Shown here: piece after piece, positions 13,580 through 27,583 of the stretch | How positions within the stretch are numbered: position 1 is the first letter of the stretch | How the letters are laid out: every line of letters begins with the position of its first letter | Assembly (NCBI RefSeq): GCF_000143415.4 | Contig: NW_003314277.1 | Coordinates: 1,625,185-1,689,184 of the forward strand | Direction: 5' to 3' | Origin: Selaginella moellendorffii | Taxonomy: Eukaryota; Plantae; Lycopodiophyta | DNA length: 64,000 nucleotides | The notes under the pieces: model-generated | Told to the model about the DNA's origin: nothing | The model's database searches: none | What the model saw: the letters and a program-made list of their open reading frames with translations, nothing else | Made by a program: the position numbers and the translations under genes

Positions 13580-14262
13580 CAACGCCTTTCTACCAATTAA
13601 TAAAGAATGTCAAGCAACATTCATTATTAATTGCATCCTTCAAGTGCTAAAGCAACCACTCCCAATTTGTGTCATTCTCAATATCAACTATAGTAAATAA
13701 CCAAAGATATAACACTCTTTTCATATCAACATCAATAAACAGCCTAAGAGTTCCATTTAGCCCATTTAAAGACCTACAACATGAGAAATAAGTTAAGTAT
13801 GCTCTAAAAGTAATGAAAAACTGCTTGAAGCAGCTTATTTCATCTCTTCTATGAATACTTTGCTCTTAGGATTGCTCTCCAAAAACTTCTCACAGTACAA
13901 AGAAAGCTTTACATAAGCTTCTCTGTGATTTTTATGAATTTCTTCAACTACTTTATGTTTTTCCCTCTAATCTCACACATTAATACCATCTTCTTGAACA
14001 TCCTAGATAATACTTCTCACTTCAATCCTAGTTCTTTTAACAAGTTTTGCTAAAACCTATCAACAATTTACATAGAGCTAACTTTCTTATTCTCTAAATG
14101 TTTAACTCCTCTACATTGATAAACACTTGTGAAGGTTCAAATCAAACAAGTTAGCCTTCCTTCTAGAACCAATTCATGCAACTTCCAAGGGCAACCCTCA
14201 CTCTTATAAGTTATAGTATGTCTTTTCCAATCCGATGCAATCATGTGGAGCTCATAGTGATC
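13580..14262 (-). mobile_element. Mutator-like (MULE/MuDR) transposase remnant
   Basis: Minus-strand fragments SDWKRHTITYKSEGCPWKLH, EAYVKLSLYCEKFLESNP, CRSLNGLNGT (cf. CRPLIGLDGT) and VDIENDTNWEWL, in MULE order. Confidence 0.8.
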
Positions 14263-14708
14263 ATAAATAACATCAATCCTGTAACTTCTTGATGGATCCT
14301 ACAGTAACCCCCAACCCCAATGCTTGATTAACCTTAATCCCTAATCCCATTTACCCAAAACTAAATAGAATATTCTAGATTATTTTAAAATAAGTAGAAT
14401 GTTCCAGATTATTCTAGTTGAAAGATTGAGTAAAGGTATTTTTAGTTTGCTTAAGAAAACTTGTAAGGGGAGGGTGTACTTAGAATATGCTTAGATATTC
14501 TAATATGTTCTACTGGTTGTTATTCATTTAGATGAATCTTGTATTTATAATTTATAATTGTTTATATTCAATAATATTAATATTCTGTTTATAAATTAGA
14601 AATATGCTTATAACAATAAATCTATATTTGATTAATTTGATTAATAAATAAAAATAACACTAATATTAAGCAAACAAAACGTTATTGCATGCAATGTGTA
14701 GCAAATTA

Positions 14709-14810
14709 TTGTAATTTTCAAAACTTCATTAGAGAAAATTTATAATCTTAGAACTTCTAGAGGCAAATTTGTAATTTTACAAAGTTAAAATGATAAAAAT
14801 GTAATTTTTC
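14709..14810. repeat. ~30-bp periodic TGTAATTTT repeats, resembling a Mutator TIR/subterminal repeat
   Basis: TGTAATTTT-like motif recurs about every 30 bp, upstream of the MULE remnant. Confidence 0.45.
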
Positions 14811-17445
14811 ATTACTCCAAAGCATATTAAGCATCTAGTTACTCCTTAAGAGCAATGCAGCTTTAGTGAGTGAGTCTAATGAGAAGTTCTATAACATAAA
14901 GTCAATTGTGGCATTAGTAGGTGGCCTCTAGACTTTAGTTGTACTAATCTTATAAGAAATAAGAATAATCTCTTTGTGTTCACCTTTGCAATGATACCAC
15001 TTTACTAGTTAAGGCACTGCTCAATTTCAACCTCCTCTTGCTGCAGGGAGCCATGCATGTTTCCATATTGCATCTTTGATCACAAAGCTTGGAAGCAAGA
15101 GATGGATGTCTTCTCAACATCCATTCATAAATGGACTCTCAAGTAAATGAAGAGTCAACCAAAGAGATGCCAAACACCACAACAACTCCACAATTTGATG
15201 TCAATCTCGATGCTGTAAGTGTTGTTCAACCACTTCCAGAGTGGACTTAGGAATTGATAGAGCAACAAAGAGAACATTCCAGGATAGGCACATTGCAATG
15301 CTCCCTCTTGCTTGGAATCTAGAAAGGTCTAGTTATGAACCTTAACAGTTTAGGCTCTAATAATAGGTAGGATTCAAAATGGATCTTGAATCCCTCAAAA
15401 CCTTCTCTATTAAACTCACAAATTGATGACTTTCCTTCCATAGTGGTATCCTTTAAGATCTAATTGACCTGCGACAGGGAAGCCTGGTAGGTGAGCTAAT
15501 GGCTAGTTTCTCTAGGAATCTCCACAGAACCTAATTGCCCAGGGCTAGAATGAAGTTGATAATGATCCATATGATTGACAAGCTTCCCTAATTGGATTTG
15601 AGGTGCTCAGGGCAGATCAGCCACCTCAAGTAGAAGACTAGAAAGGATTGAAATCTTCAATCCTTATTGCCATTGCCAAGATTGTTTCCCATAATCATTG
15701 AAAAGGAGGTTAAAATAGGAATATTACTTTCATATGAAGTTTAAGCAATTATTGCAAACATTAAATAAAATTTAAAATCAAATTTTTTAAATAAATAAAT
15801 ATAATCCAGGATATTATTATAAAAAATAATAGTGGAATGGAAGACTTTATTATTGATTATAATAATGAAGAGTCAAAATGATTAAAAGAACTCATGGAAA
15901 ATACACCCAACAAATAAAAGAAACAACAAGAAATAATAAAATTATAGATGACAAAAAAAATGTAATGTAGAAACACTTAGTTTGCTTTGGTTTTTTATAT
16001 GTTTTCTAAGCTCTTTTATAATTTATCACATCTCTAATCAATCACTCATGCAGTCCCAATGTGTATGTATTCTACCTTACCAATTCCACTTTTTATAATT
16101 AGAATATAATTTGAGTGGCATTATACATATTATAATGTTACAATCAAATTACTAGCTAGAAAGCATTATTTCTTGGAATAGAAAAAATGAAGGTAATGAA
16201 TTTTTTAAGATTAATAAAATAAAATAAATTTTGGAATAATTGTCTTCACTAATGTACATTATAATATGGAATATATATTTATAATCTTAATAATTTAATT
16301 GCAATCTATTAAATTAACTTCTAAAAATTATAATTTAATATTTAGATCCTTTTAGAAAATATTAAATTAAGTTAATGTTTGGTCTATATTTTCATGTAGT
16401 TTAGCATCATAAAACATGCATTGTGGTAAGTTGCCATTTTGCACCTAATGAACGCAGCACACCAGTGAAGAACAAGGCATTGTCTTTTAAATCTCCCTCC
16501 AGGGAGTTGGAACCATCACTGCTGCAACACGCCTCCTCCTTCATCTAAATTTTACTAATGTTAATATTAATGTAATAAAATATTATCATGAATAAATGAA
16601 CTAATTTCACTTTTAACTAATACTGGTGGGAAGAAAATTAGAGTTAATGATTTCAATTACATAGAACATATGCTTTGTATTTCTGGAAGTTCTTCCATGA
16701 ATTCGGCAATGTTAATAAAGATATGCTTGCCCATGCCAAGTGCCCTGCATGTTTCCACCCTTGTCCTCAGAAAGTGTTTTGCATATCTCCTCCACCTTAC
16801 TTCTTGAGGAAATGCTAAAGCAAAATCACCAGCTAGATCTCAACAAGTGGTTTGCAGATCAAAGAGTTAGATTGGGCCTCACCCCTTTCTTTCTTCCACC
16901 TTGCCCTGCAAACAGTTCCTGGCACACAGTCATCACCGACGTGGATTGCATCTCTCCATCTTGGGCAAATACTTCTTGAGGTTGAGGAAACGCTGATTGA
17001 CTGTAAGTTCCACCTACAATCACCTTGCATGAAAGTATTGGACGATTCACCCCTCTCAAGAAGACCCTCAGCTACTGTTGTCTTGCCGCAAACTCCCACA
17101 ACTCTGTATGACTCGCAATCCTTGCCCCTCTTTGGCAATCGCTCCCTTATCACGCCACCTTGTGTCCACTTGGAGCTTCTTCCAGGCCTTGTCCCTACAC
17201 ACGTAGTGCGCTTGCTCGTGTTTGATATTATTGTGGTAGTCATAAACCACAAGGGTCGGAAGATCATGGGGCTCCCAGCAGTGGCCGTGAGCTTACAAGC
17301 CCTCTCGCACTTCCCATGCACCGCCTCTTTGTCTCCACTAAAGTATTTAAGCTCGTATAACCTTAAAGGGATCCACCCAAATAACTTTGCCACCTTTTTG
17401 GTTAAGTTTAGAGCTAAAACACAAAAGAATAATGCCACGGACAAA

Positions 17446-19985
<2,540 letters not shown>

Positions 19986-20009
19986 CGCCGAGAGCTCACA
20001 CACACAAGA

Positions 20010-20043
20010 CCTAACCCTAAAAAAATCCCCGATAAACCCTAAA
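20010..20043. promoter_or_regulatory. Telo-box motifs upstream of PRP43
   Basis: CCTAACCCTAA and AAACCCTAA within 60 bp of the ATG. Telo-boxes are typical of plant ribosome-biogenesis genes. Confidence 0.55.
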
Positions 20044-20098
20044 TTCTCCTTTCTTTTTCTTTCCCTTTGAGGGAGCGAGCTGGAATGCCCGGCGATGG

Positions 20099-20302
20099 AT
20101 GATCGATCGAGGTAAGCGCGATTTCTTCCTTGGACCAAGCGCTTATCGATCCCCGCATTGTGATTCTCAGATGATGGACCGAAATAAGCGCAAGTTCTTC
20201 CTTGGAGCGAGGATCGAATGCTCCCATTGCGATTCTCAGGTGGGACAAATGGAAGAATTCTTTGTTCCATTTGTTTCGTTCCTCGAGGCGGTTTGTTTGT
20301 AG
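20099..20302 (+). other. Small ORF made of two in-frame ~70-bp tandem repeats
   Basis: Units 20099-20170 and 20171-20239 encode MIDRGKRDFFLG...HCDSQ and MMDRNKRKFFLG...HCDSQ. Confidence 0.4.
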
Positions 20303-21004
20303 GTAGGTCTTAGCTTTCTTTGTTTTGGTGGAGAGAGTATACATCGCATCCATCCATGCTTTTTTTTTTTTTTTTTTTCTTTCGTTCTTTAGGCAAGCTA
20401 TCGAGAGAAGCTGTCGATTCTTGGGTTAGGCAAATGCCAGTGAAAGCTTTCACTCCCTTTCGCTTGATATATCTCCATTTTCTTTACTCTCTTTCTCACT
20501 TTGAATGTTTTGCAGCGTGAAGCACGGCAATTGTGGAGGTAGCGGAGATCCAAGACACTCAAATCAAGGATCAATCCAACAGGTACGTAGCCTCCTACTC
20601 CTACTCGATCGATCGATCGATCCAAGCGCAAAAAAAAGAGAGAAGTTTTTTTAAAAGTTGTCGTGGTTTCGAGGCACACTAAGAGAGGAAGAGCTCGACT
20701 CGTGTGCACAGAGAACAAGACAAGCACCGTACTTGTTCCGTGCGAGCTGGCCAAAACTCGTTTTTGAGCCGCTCACTCACATCACTCACAGGCATCCTGA
20801 CTATTTAGTCCCATTGGGCCCTCCTTGAAAGGTATAGTAGTCTTTTTTTACTCGCAAGCTCCTCTCATTCTCTCTTGAGTGTTGCAGAGCACAGCATCAT
20901 CAAGGAGGAGAAAAAAAAAGAGGAAAAACAGTGAGAGGGATTCTCACTGCTGCGGAGAACTCACAGATAAGTAGCTCATCATCAACTGCTCATATCGATC
21001 TCCG

Positions 21005-22135
21005 ATGGGTTTCCAGTTCTCGGCCGTTTTCGACATCATGTGGAATCATCCACTGGTGTGCGGATCCATTTTGTTGCTGCTCACGCCCTCGCTGTTCCAC
21101 ATCCTGCTCTACTTCTCGCCGCTGCTCATTTCCACCACTTTGTTCATCATCGCGCTCATCAGCATGAAGCCGAGGTTGGAGGAGACCACGGAGGAGCGCG
21201 AGCGATGGGCCAAGGGGGAGAAGTCCATTCCCAGCGTCATGGACGAGAGCTGGCCGTATGGAGACTGGAGCCAGGCGAGCAACGAGGCCGTGGCTGTGAA
21301 GCGGAGACGATCGGAGGTGGATGGCTCCGGCCCGACCTGGATGGAAGTGATTGAGGAGTGGAAGATCAAGCTTGCTTCCTGGGTGGACGAAGTTTTCAAG
21401 GCCGGAGAACTTAAGCCTCTTGCTGGAGAACCGGTAGCTCCTCCGGCCGAGAGCAAGAAGAAGAGTGGAGAAGAAGATGGTGTTACGCCCTCGACTGTTC
21501 GTGATCATCCTCCAGTGGCTTTTGCCGGGTCGAAGCTCGAGGAGTCGGCTCCACCGAAAACTCTGGAAGAGGTCAGCAGTAGAACTCTGGTAGAAATAGT
21601 GGAAGAGGTAGAGGAAAAGCCGGTTTTGGTCGCTCCAGAGTCGAAAGTTCTCGAGGTTGCTCCGATCGAGGTGAAGGAGATCGATATGCCAGAGTTAGAG
21701 ACAGTGGAGGCGCCTCTTCTAGAACAAGTTAGCGTTGCTGGCCCGGAGAAAATTCCAGCGAAAAGCGGACCGATCTGGGACGAAGAAGCTCCAGCGACTC
21801 CACCTCCGGCGGCCGAGTCCTCTCCTCCGGTTCCATTCTCAGACGATGAGTTGCTCGAGGTCTCGCTGCACGATCCGGTCCAGGAAACCGTCCGTGAAGA
21901 TCTTGAGGAGATCCTTCCAGTGAAAGATCTCGTCAAAACCGAGGAGCCACCGAAGAAGAATCCCGAGGAAATTCTTCCAGCCAAAGAGATCAACCGAGCT
22001 TTCAAGTCATCGCCAGTTTCCAAGGAGCCGACTACCACCTCTCCGGCAGCCTCGGCCCGGGACGTCCACCGGCGAATTCTCAAAGATCTTCACACGCAGC
22101 TCGACGAGCTCCAATCCAAGCGGCGCGCCAAGTAG
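21005..22135 (+). CDS. Uncharacterised plant membrane protein (N-terminal hydrophobic hairpin, acidic Glu/Pro-rich tail)
   Basis: 376-aa single-exon ORF with HP...FSPLLISTTLFIIALIS hydrophobic segment and coding-like composition. Likely 5'UTR intron at about 20583-20887. Confidence 0.8.
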   Translation: MGFQFSAVFDIMWNHPLVCGSILLLLTPSLFHILLYFSPLLISTTLFIIALISMKPRLEETTEERERWAKGEKSIPSVMDESWPYGDWSQASNEAVAVKRRRSEVDGSGPTWMEVIEEWKIKLASWVDEVFKAGELKPLAGEPVAPPAESKKKSGEEDGVTPSTVRDHPPVAFAGSKLEESAPPKTLEEVSSRTLVEIVEEVEEKPVLVAPESKVLEVAPIEVKEIDMPELETVEAPLLEQVSVAGPEKIPAKSGPIWDEEAPATPPPAAESSPPVPFSDDELLEVSLHDPVQETVREDLEEILPVKDLVKTEEPPKKNPEEILPAKEINRAFKSSPVSKEPTTTSPAASARDVHRRILKDLHTQLDELQSKRRAK

Positions 22136-22948
22136 TGAGTGCCTCACTCTCCTCTGTTGGTATGCTTTCCTGTTCGTTGTTAGCTCCTGTTTTTCCAGTT
22201 TTCGTTGTTCCTCCAAAGTAGAAAGTTGAGCTCTTTGTATGCTTGATTTCACGGATTTATAAAGCTGGCTAATGCAAGATGTCGTTCTTTTTGGGATTTT
22301 TTTATAGCACTCAGGTTCTCTCGAGGAGAACATCCACGAAGAACACAACCGGGCTCTAGAAAAACTACACTACACCAAAGAAATCAAGAGAGAGGAGAAA
22401 TCCAAGGACAAGGTACAAGAGGTCAACAAAGACAAAACGAACAACGAAGATCTTTGTGAATCTGACCGCTACATTGTATAAAAACAAAAAAACCTCCAGT
22501 TTAGTTCTAATCACGCTTTAACCTGTGATGAGAGCGCCCGCCCGTTTAACCCCGTCCCCGTCATAATTAGAGAATTTACCCGAAAATCCTGAATGTCCGT
22601 GCCCACATTTACTTCCCTGGGGCCAACTCTTTTTTTAACTCCCACCGTCGTCGTCTCGTCCGGCGGCCAGCTAGAACACGTAAAAGAAAAATTATCATAG
22701 TAATTACTCAAGTGGGGTAGAAAATGAATGACGGGCGTCGTAATCCAGGCCCCGCATTTACACTGCTTGTGCCAACCGAATCTCTCTGCGGCGAAAGAAA
22801 TCCCACAACCCTAAAATCTAAGCCTTTAGTAAGAAAGAGAACGTTATTTAGCACATTCCGTCCGTACATAGAATAGTCCTACCGTACCCAAGGCCGTACA
22901 GAGAGGGGTTTAAGCCCACGGCGGTACACAAGGCCGTACAGAGGGGTT

Positions 22949-23389
22949 TTACGCCCCCGGCGCCGCCTCTTGGGCCTTGCCGCCGGCGTAGCTGCCGTAC
23001 TCGCGGGCCTTCTCGGTGGCCTGGTGTACGGAGCCCAGAAGCCTCTGGCGCGCGGCCTCGATCTTGTCGGAGCCGACGGGATGCCTCCCCTTGAAGTAGT
23101 TGTAAATCCACGACACGGAGGAGAGGAAGGCGACGAAGGCGACGCCAGTGATGACAATGCCCGAGACCGCGAGGAAGAGGACGATGCCCAGGGGGACGAG
23201 CACCGGGCTGAAGAAGAGGAAGACGGGGATGCCGATCACCACCGCCAGCGCCAGGCCGCCCAGCATGAATCCGCCCACCGTCAGCACCGCCACGGTGCCC
23301 AAGAGCAGCGCGACGAGCCCTAGCACCTGGCGCGCGTTGGGCGAGTGCTCGCGGAGCTTGCGCTCGCCGCTTTGCATCTTGTCCGCCAT
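22949..23389 (-). CDS. OLE: Oleosin (oil-body protein), 146 aa
   Basis: Long hydrophobic hairpin with proline knot PVFLFFSPVLVP, followed by WIYNYFKGRHPVG. Confidence 0.95.
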   Translation of the reverse strand: MADKMQSGERKLREHSPNARQVLGLVALLLGTVAVLTVGGFMLGGLALAVVIGIPVFLFFSPVLVPLGIVLFLAVSGIVITGVAFVAFLSSVSWIYNYFKGRHPVGSDKIEAARQRLLGSVHQATEKAREYGSYAGGKAQEAAPGA

Positions 23390-23464
23390 GGAATTTGGAG
23401 CGAGAGAGAGAGAGAGAGAGCTAGAGCTGCGAGAGAGTGGTCTTCTTTCCAGCGAGACATGGGG

Positions 23465-23518
23465 TTTATTATAGGACACAGCAGCGGCATGTCGTTGTTG
23501 GTGCATGGCATCCACGTG
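23465..23518 (-). promoter_or_regulatory. Oleosin promoter: TATA, RY (CATGCA) and G-box/ABRE (CACGTG)
   Basis: TATAATAAA at 23465-23473, CATGCA at 23502-23507, CACGTG at 23513-23518. Confidence 0.6.
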
Positions 23519-23612
23519 CCACACTTCTACTTTTTGTGCCCTAAAAAGATCCTACAATTCATCTTAGCTTTTGACATAAGGGGAAAAATAGTTTAGGGCT
23601 TGCGAGGGAGGA

Positions 23613-25156
23613 ATGTCGTTTGTGCGGGCGCTCAAGCGCGTGTCCAGATTCTCGTGGTATGTGCTTGTTGGCAGTGAGATCCTCTTGGTTGATTCCTGTG
23701 CGCTTCAGGGCCACTGGAAGATTGGAATCAAGCTCTGGAATTGATCGCTGCGCGATTCCATTCCAAGCTTTGGTTTTGGGAAGGAATGCTGATCGTTTGA
23801 GCAGGTTTTTTTAATCGTTTGGTGTGTGGTCTTGTTTTTCTGACCTTCGTTCTTTTTTTCAGCTCTTCCAGGAGAAAGTGTCTTACCAGAGAGCCCTGGA
23901 CTCGAGGTAGCGTCTTGGTTTCGAGAGTTTTAGCGAAAGCACTAAAATGCCGAGTTGTCATTCTGTAAGCTGAACTGTTGCAGGCTCCAACTTAACGCGC
24001 GAGAGATGCCTCGGATGCGAGTTTTCGTTCCGGCCAGTGCGTTTCATGTGCAAAGACGCTGGCGTTGAAGGTCTGCGCTGTTTTCCTTCATTGTATCTGG
24101 AGCTCCCATTCTTTTTCTGTTTGTTTTCTTGCAGACGAGAAGGAGTCACATAAACACAAGGCTTCTCACGAGAGCAAGAAGCAGAAAGAAAAAGAGGAGG
24201 ACGATGAGAAACGGCGTGTTCTCAATGCGGCTCTTACGTATGTTGTATGTACACTCGTTTCTCCGTTCTTCCTAGAGAATTCAAGAGCTGTGATACTTTT
24301 GCAGCCTACTTTGGGATGGACAGAGGCCGCCATTGCAGCGGGAGCAAGAGACGTAAATCTATCGCCCGCGATCCTTGGAGCCTTTCACAGGAAAGAAGCT
24401 GCTCTCGTGGAAGTAAGTCTTTCAACAAAAGGTCTCTTGTTTTCTCAACAGACACTCTCTCCGTTGCTGAGCAGTACTTCATGGATGAATCGCTGGACGA
24501 ACTTACGGACGCTGTTGAAGAGCAAAGCGAGGAGCTCGAGAAGCTGGTGCTGCATGAGAGATTGGCGAAAGTCATCCGCATTCGTCTCGAGATGCAAGCT
24601 CCTTATATTTCCAAGTGGGCTCAAGCTTTGAGTATCCAAGTAAGTTGTTCTCACTTCTCCCAAGCTTTAAACTCTTCTATCCTTTCTCTTTGTACCAGGC
24701 GAATCCCATTAACCTTCCTGTCGCGATGAAACAACGAGCCGTGCTAATGGACGAGATCTGGCACTCCGTCGGAGACAGATCCACGGACTGGGATTTCTAC
24801 TCCAAGCGAGCGATCCTCGGCGGAGTCTACACAGCAGCAGAGGTTTACATGCTCACAGATTACTCTCCCGGTAAGTACAAACGCTCTCGCAAGTTTGTTT
24901 TCGCGACCAGATCTATTTTTTGGTTCCAGGATTCAGGGATACTTGGACTTTCACGCAACGCCGGATCATCGACGTGATCGATTGTAGGAAAACTGCCAAG
25001 GAGGTAATGCAAAGGCTCTCGGAGTCGTGGAAGTTTAGGCCGGTTTTGCTGAGCGGTAGTGGAATGGTGCAGGCAGCTCAATTGGCACAGGCCATCGGTG
25101 CGGGATTGGGCAACACCATAGCTACCTTCTTGAAGCAACCACGGCCTGGACCGTGA
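23613..25156 (+). CDS. COQ9: Ubiquinone biosynthesis protein COQ9 (multi-exon)
   Basis: LGWTEAAI, IRIRLEMQAPYISKWAQAL and DEIWHSVGDRSTDWDFYSKRAILGGVY motifs. The start MSFVRALKRVSRF looks like a transit peptide (start inferred). Confidence 0.9.
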
Positions 25157-25476
25157 GAAAAAAAAAACGCAAAAAAAGCGAGAAAGAACTCGTAAGAATC
25201 GATAGAAGAGATAGAGAGGATAGAAAACTATCTTATGCTCGATAGTTCTACAATACGTGGCCATTTTATTGGTATCTTTGATGTGGACAGATCGCGACCG
25301 TTCACGCAAAAACTATGAACAAGACAAAGAACCCGCATTGGTGGTAGGGTTTTGGAACAACGGCGCTATCTCTCGATCGATCGCTCGCTCCGTCGCGGCG
25401 CGCGCTACCGGCGATCAGGTAATGCTAGCTCCCCGCCGCCGCTGCCGAGCTGTAAGCGCCATTGCGCCAGCGTTAT

Positions 25477-26788
25477 ATGCTTGCAGCGAGATTCTGGGCT
25501 CCGGCAGCAGGATTTTCTCGAAATCCCGACTTGCGAGCGCTGAAATCGACGACGATGGTGGCCACTGCGACGCACCAGGATTCCCCTCTCCTCTTTCGAC
25601 AGCTCTTCGAGAAGGACTCGTGTACTTACACGTATTTGCTTGCGGACATTGGGCATCCAGAAAAGCCAGCAGTGGTAAGCAAAGATATTTCTTCTTTTGT
25701 GTTTCCTTTCTTCTTCTTTTGTGGCTAAGTTGTGGAGCTTCCAGCTGATAGATCCCGTGGACAAGACCGTCGATAGAGATGTAAACTTGATCAAGGAACT
25801 TGGGCTAAAGCTCAAGTACGCGATGAACACTCACGTACACGCCGATCATGTCACTGGAACGGGTCTCCTGAAGGTACTCTTTTTTCTTCTTTTGTCGTTC
25901 TTTCTTCTAATCACGGTTCCTTGTTTAGAGTAAACTCCCGAGTGCAAAATCCCTGATATCCAAGGCGAGCAAAGCACAAGCGGATGTTTTCGTGGAGCCA
26001 GGAGAAAAGATACACTTCGGGAACTTGTATTTGGAGGTACATTTTTTTCTTTTCACTGCTTTTAGCTCAAAGATTTATTTGCACAGGTTCGTCCCACACC
26101 GGGACATACCCAAGGATGCGTCACATATGTGTCAGGAGAAGGTGAAGGGCAGCCATCGCCACGAATGGCTTTCACAGGAGACGCTTTGCTCGTTAGAGGG
26201 TGTGGCCGCACGGATTTCCAGGTGTTTTATTTCTCTCTTTTTTGGCCTTCGAATCTCGGAGTAAGATTTTGCCTGCTTGCAGGGAGGTAATGCAAGAGAG
26301 CTTTACAAGTCGGTTCATTCTCAGGTATGAATGATTGCCTTATCCTTTTGGTGGAAATTGAATTTGCTGCTTCACTGCCAGATTCTCTCGCTCCCGAAGG
26401 ACACCTTATTGTATCCTGCACATGACTATAAAGGGAATACTGTAAGTCGAGCTATCATGTTCTTCGATTTTCGCCCTTAACTCTTTTTTTTTTTTTTTCT
26501 CAAGGTTACAACTGTGGGGGAAGAGCTGCTTCACAACACTCGACTTACGAAGGACGAGGTATTTTCCTTTGCTTGGTTCGCGTGTTTCCTGACGTTGGCT
26601 TGCGATTTTGCAGGAAGCATTTGTAAAGATTATGGAAAGTAAGTGAATTTCTTGCTGGTCTCGTACACTTGAATAACTTTGTGTGTGTGTGTGCAGATTT
26701 GGGACTGCCTTATCCCAAGATGATCGATGTAGCCGTTCCAGCAAACATGGTCTGTGGCCTTCAGGAAGCGAATGCCGCGACAGCTTGA
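25477..26788 (+). CDS. ETHE1: Persulfide dioxygenase ETHE1 (metallo-beta-lactamase fold)
   Basis: [38 protein letters not shown] and PANMVCG motifs across about 9 short exons. Confidence 0.94.
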
Positions 26789-27583
26789 TACCACGTCAAA
26801 AATCCTCGGAGAAGTCCAACACCATAAACACATACATACACTCCCAGTAAATTTCTGTCGTCGATTTCTGTGCTAACAATTCCGTTTATAAACAGTGCAA
26901 GGCAATGAAAGTGATCCATTCTCACTCTTTCTCCTCTTGCCTTTATTTTCTCTTTCCAGGGGAGGCAAAACTTTTCCAAGACTCGGGAGGTCCACAAATA
27001 AAATACAATACTCTCGGTCAGGTTTGATCTGAATTTTGTATCAACAACCATATTCATTGATCGTTCTTTTCCAGCAGAAAATAAAGAAAAGAAAACGAGA
27101 GCGATGTTCTCGCTACATGCCAGCAATACCTTTGACAAACCATTGATCTATCCCTTGACAAGGTTCCTTCATTCATTTGACTATATAGTGCCAGCAAACT
27201 TCTCGCGAATTTGAAAACTAACAATGGATCAAGGATTGTTAAAGATGCTTTGGCGATCCAGTGAGTCATGGAATCAGTGAGTTTAGAACTTCTAAGTGTC
27301 CACAAATTTTCTCGTCTCGAGAAACTGACCAAATTTGACTTGGATCCACAATTCCACCGAATATTAATTCGTCCGTACGCTTTGGCTCCGCGTGGCCATG
27401 TGGCACATAATGTGGCCGTTTGTCAAACGTTTGTTCGTACTACTCACATGAGCCCAAGTTGTGTGTGAGCGAACTTCTTCCTATAAGTTTACAGGACGAG
27501 GACGAATCCAAGCATTCCCATTCCCGTGTGACCGCCGTGCTAGGTTTTCTTGCGCAGTCGCAGATTTCCTCGATCGATCCGGC

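Noticed and set aside
16450-17444. Overlapping 203-aa and 270-aa ORFs downstream of PRP43
   Set aside because: No recognisable motif in any frame, and they partly overlap the PRP43 3' end. Possibly a decayed gene fragment; left unassigned.
22891-22950. Short duplicated AGGCCGTACAGAG motif in the oleosin 3'UTR
   Set aside because: Simple local duplication with no sign of function.
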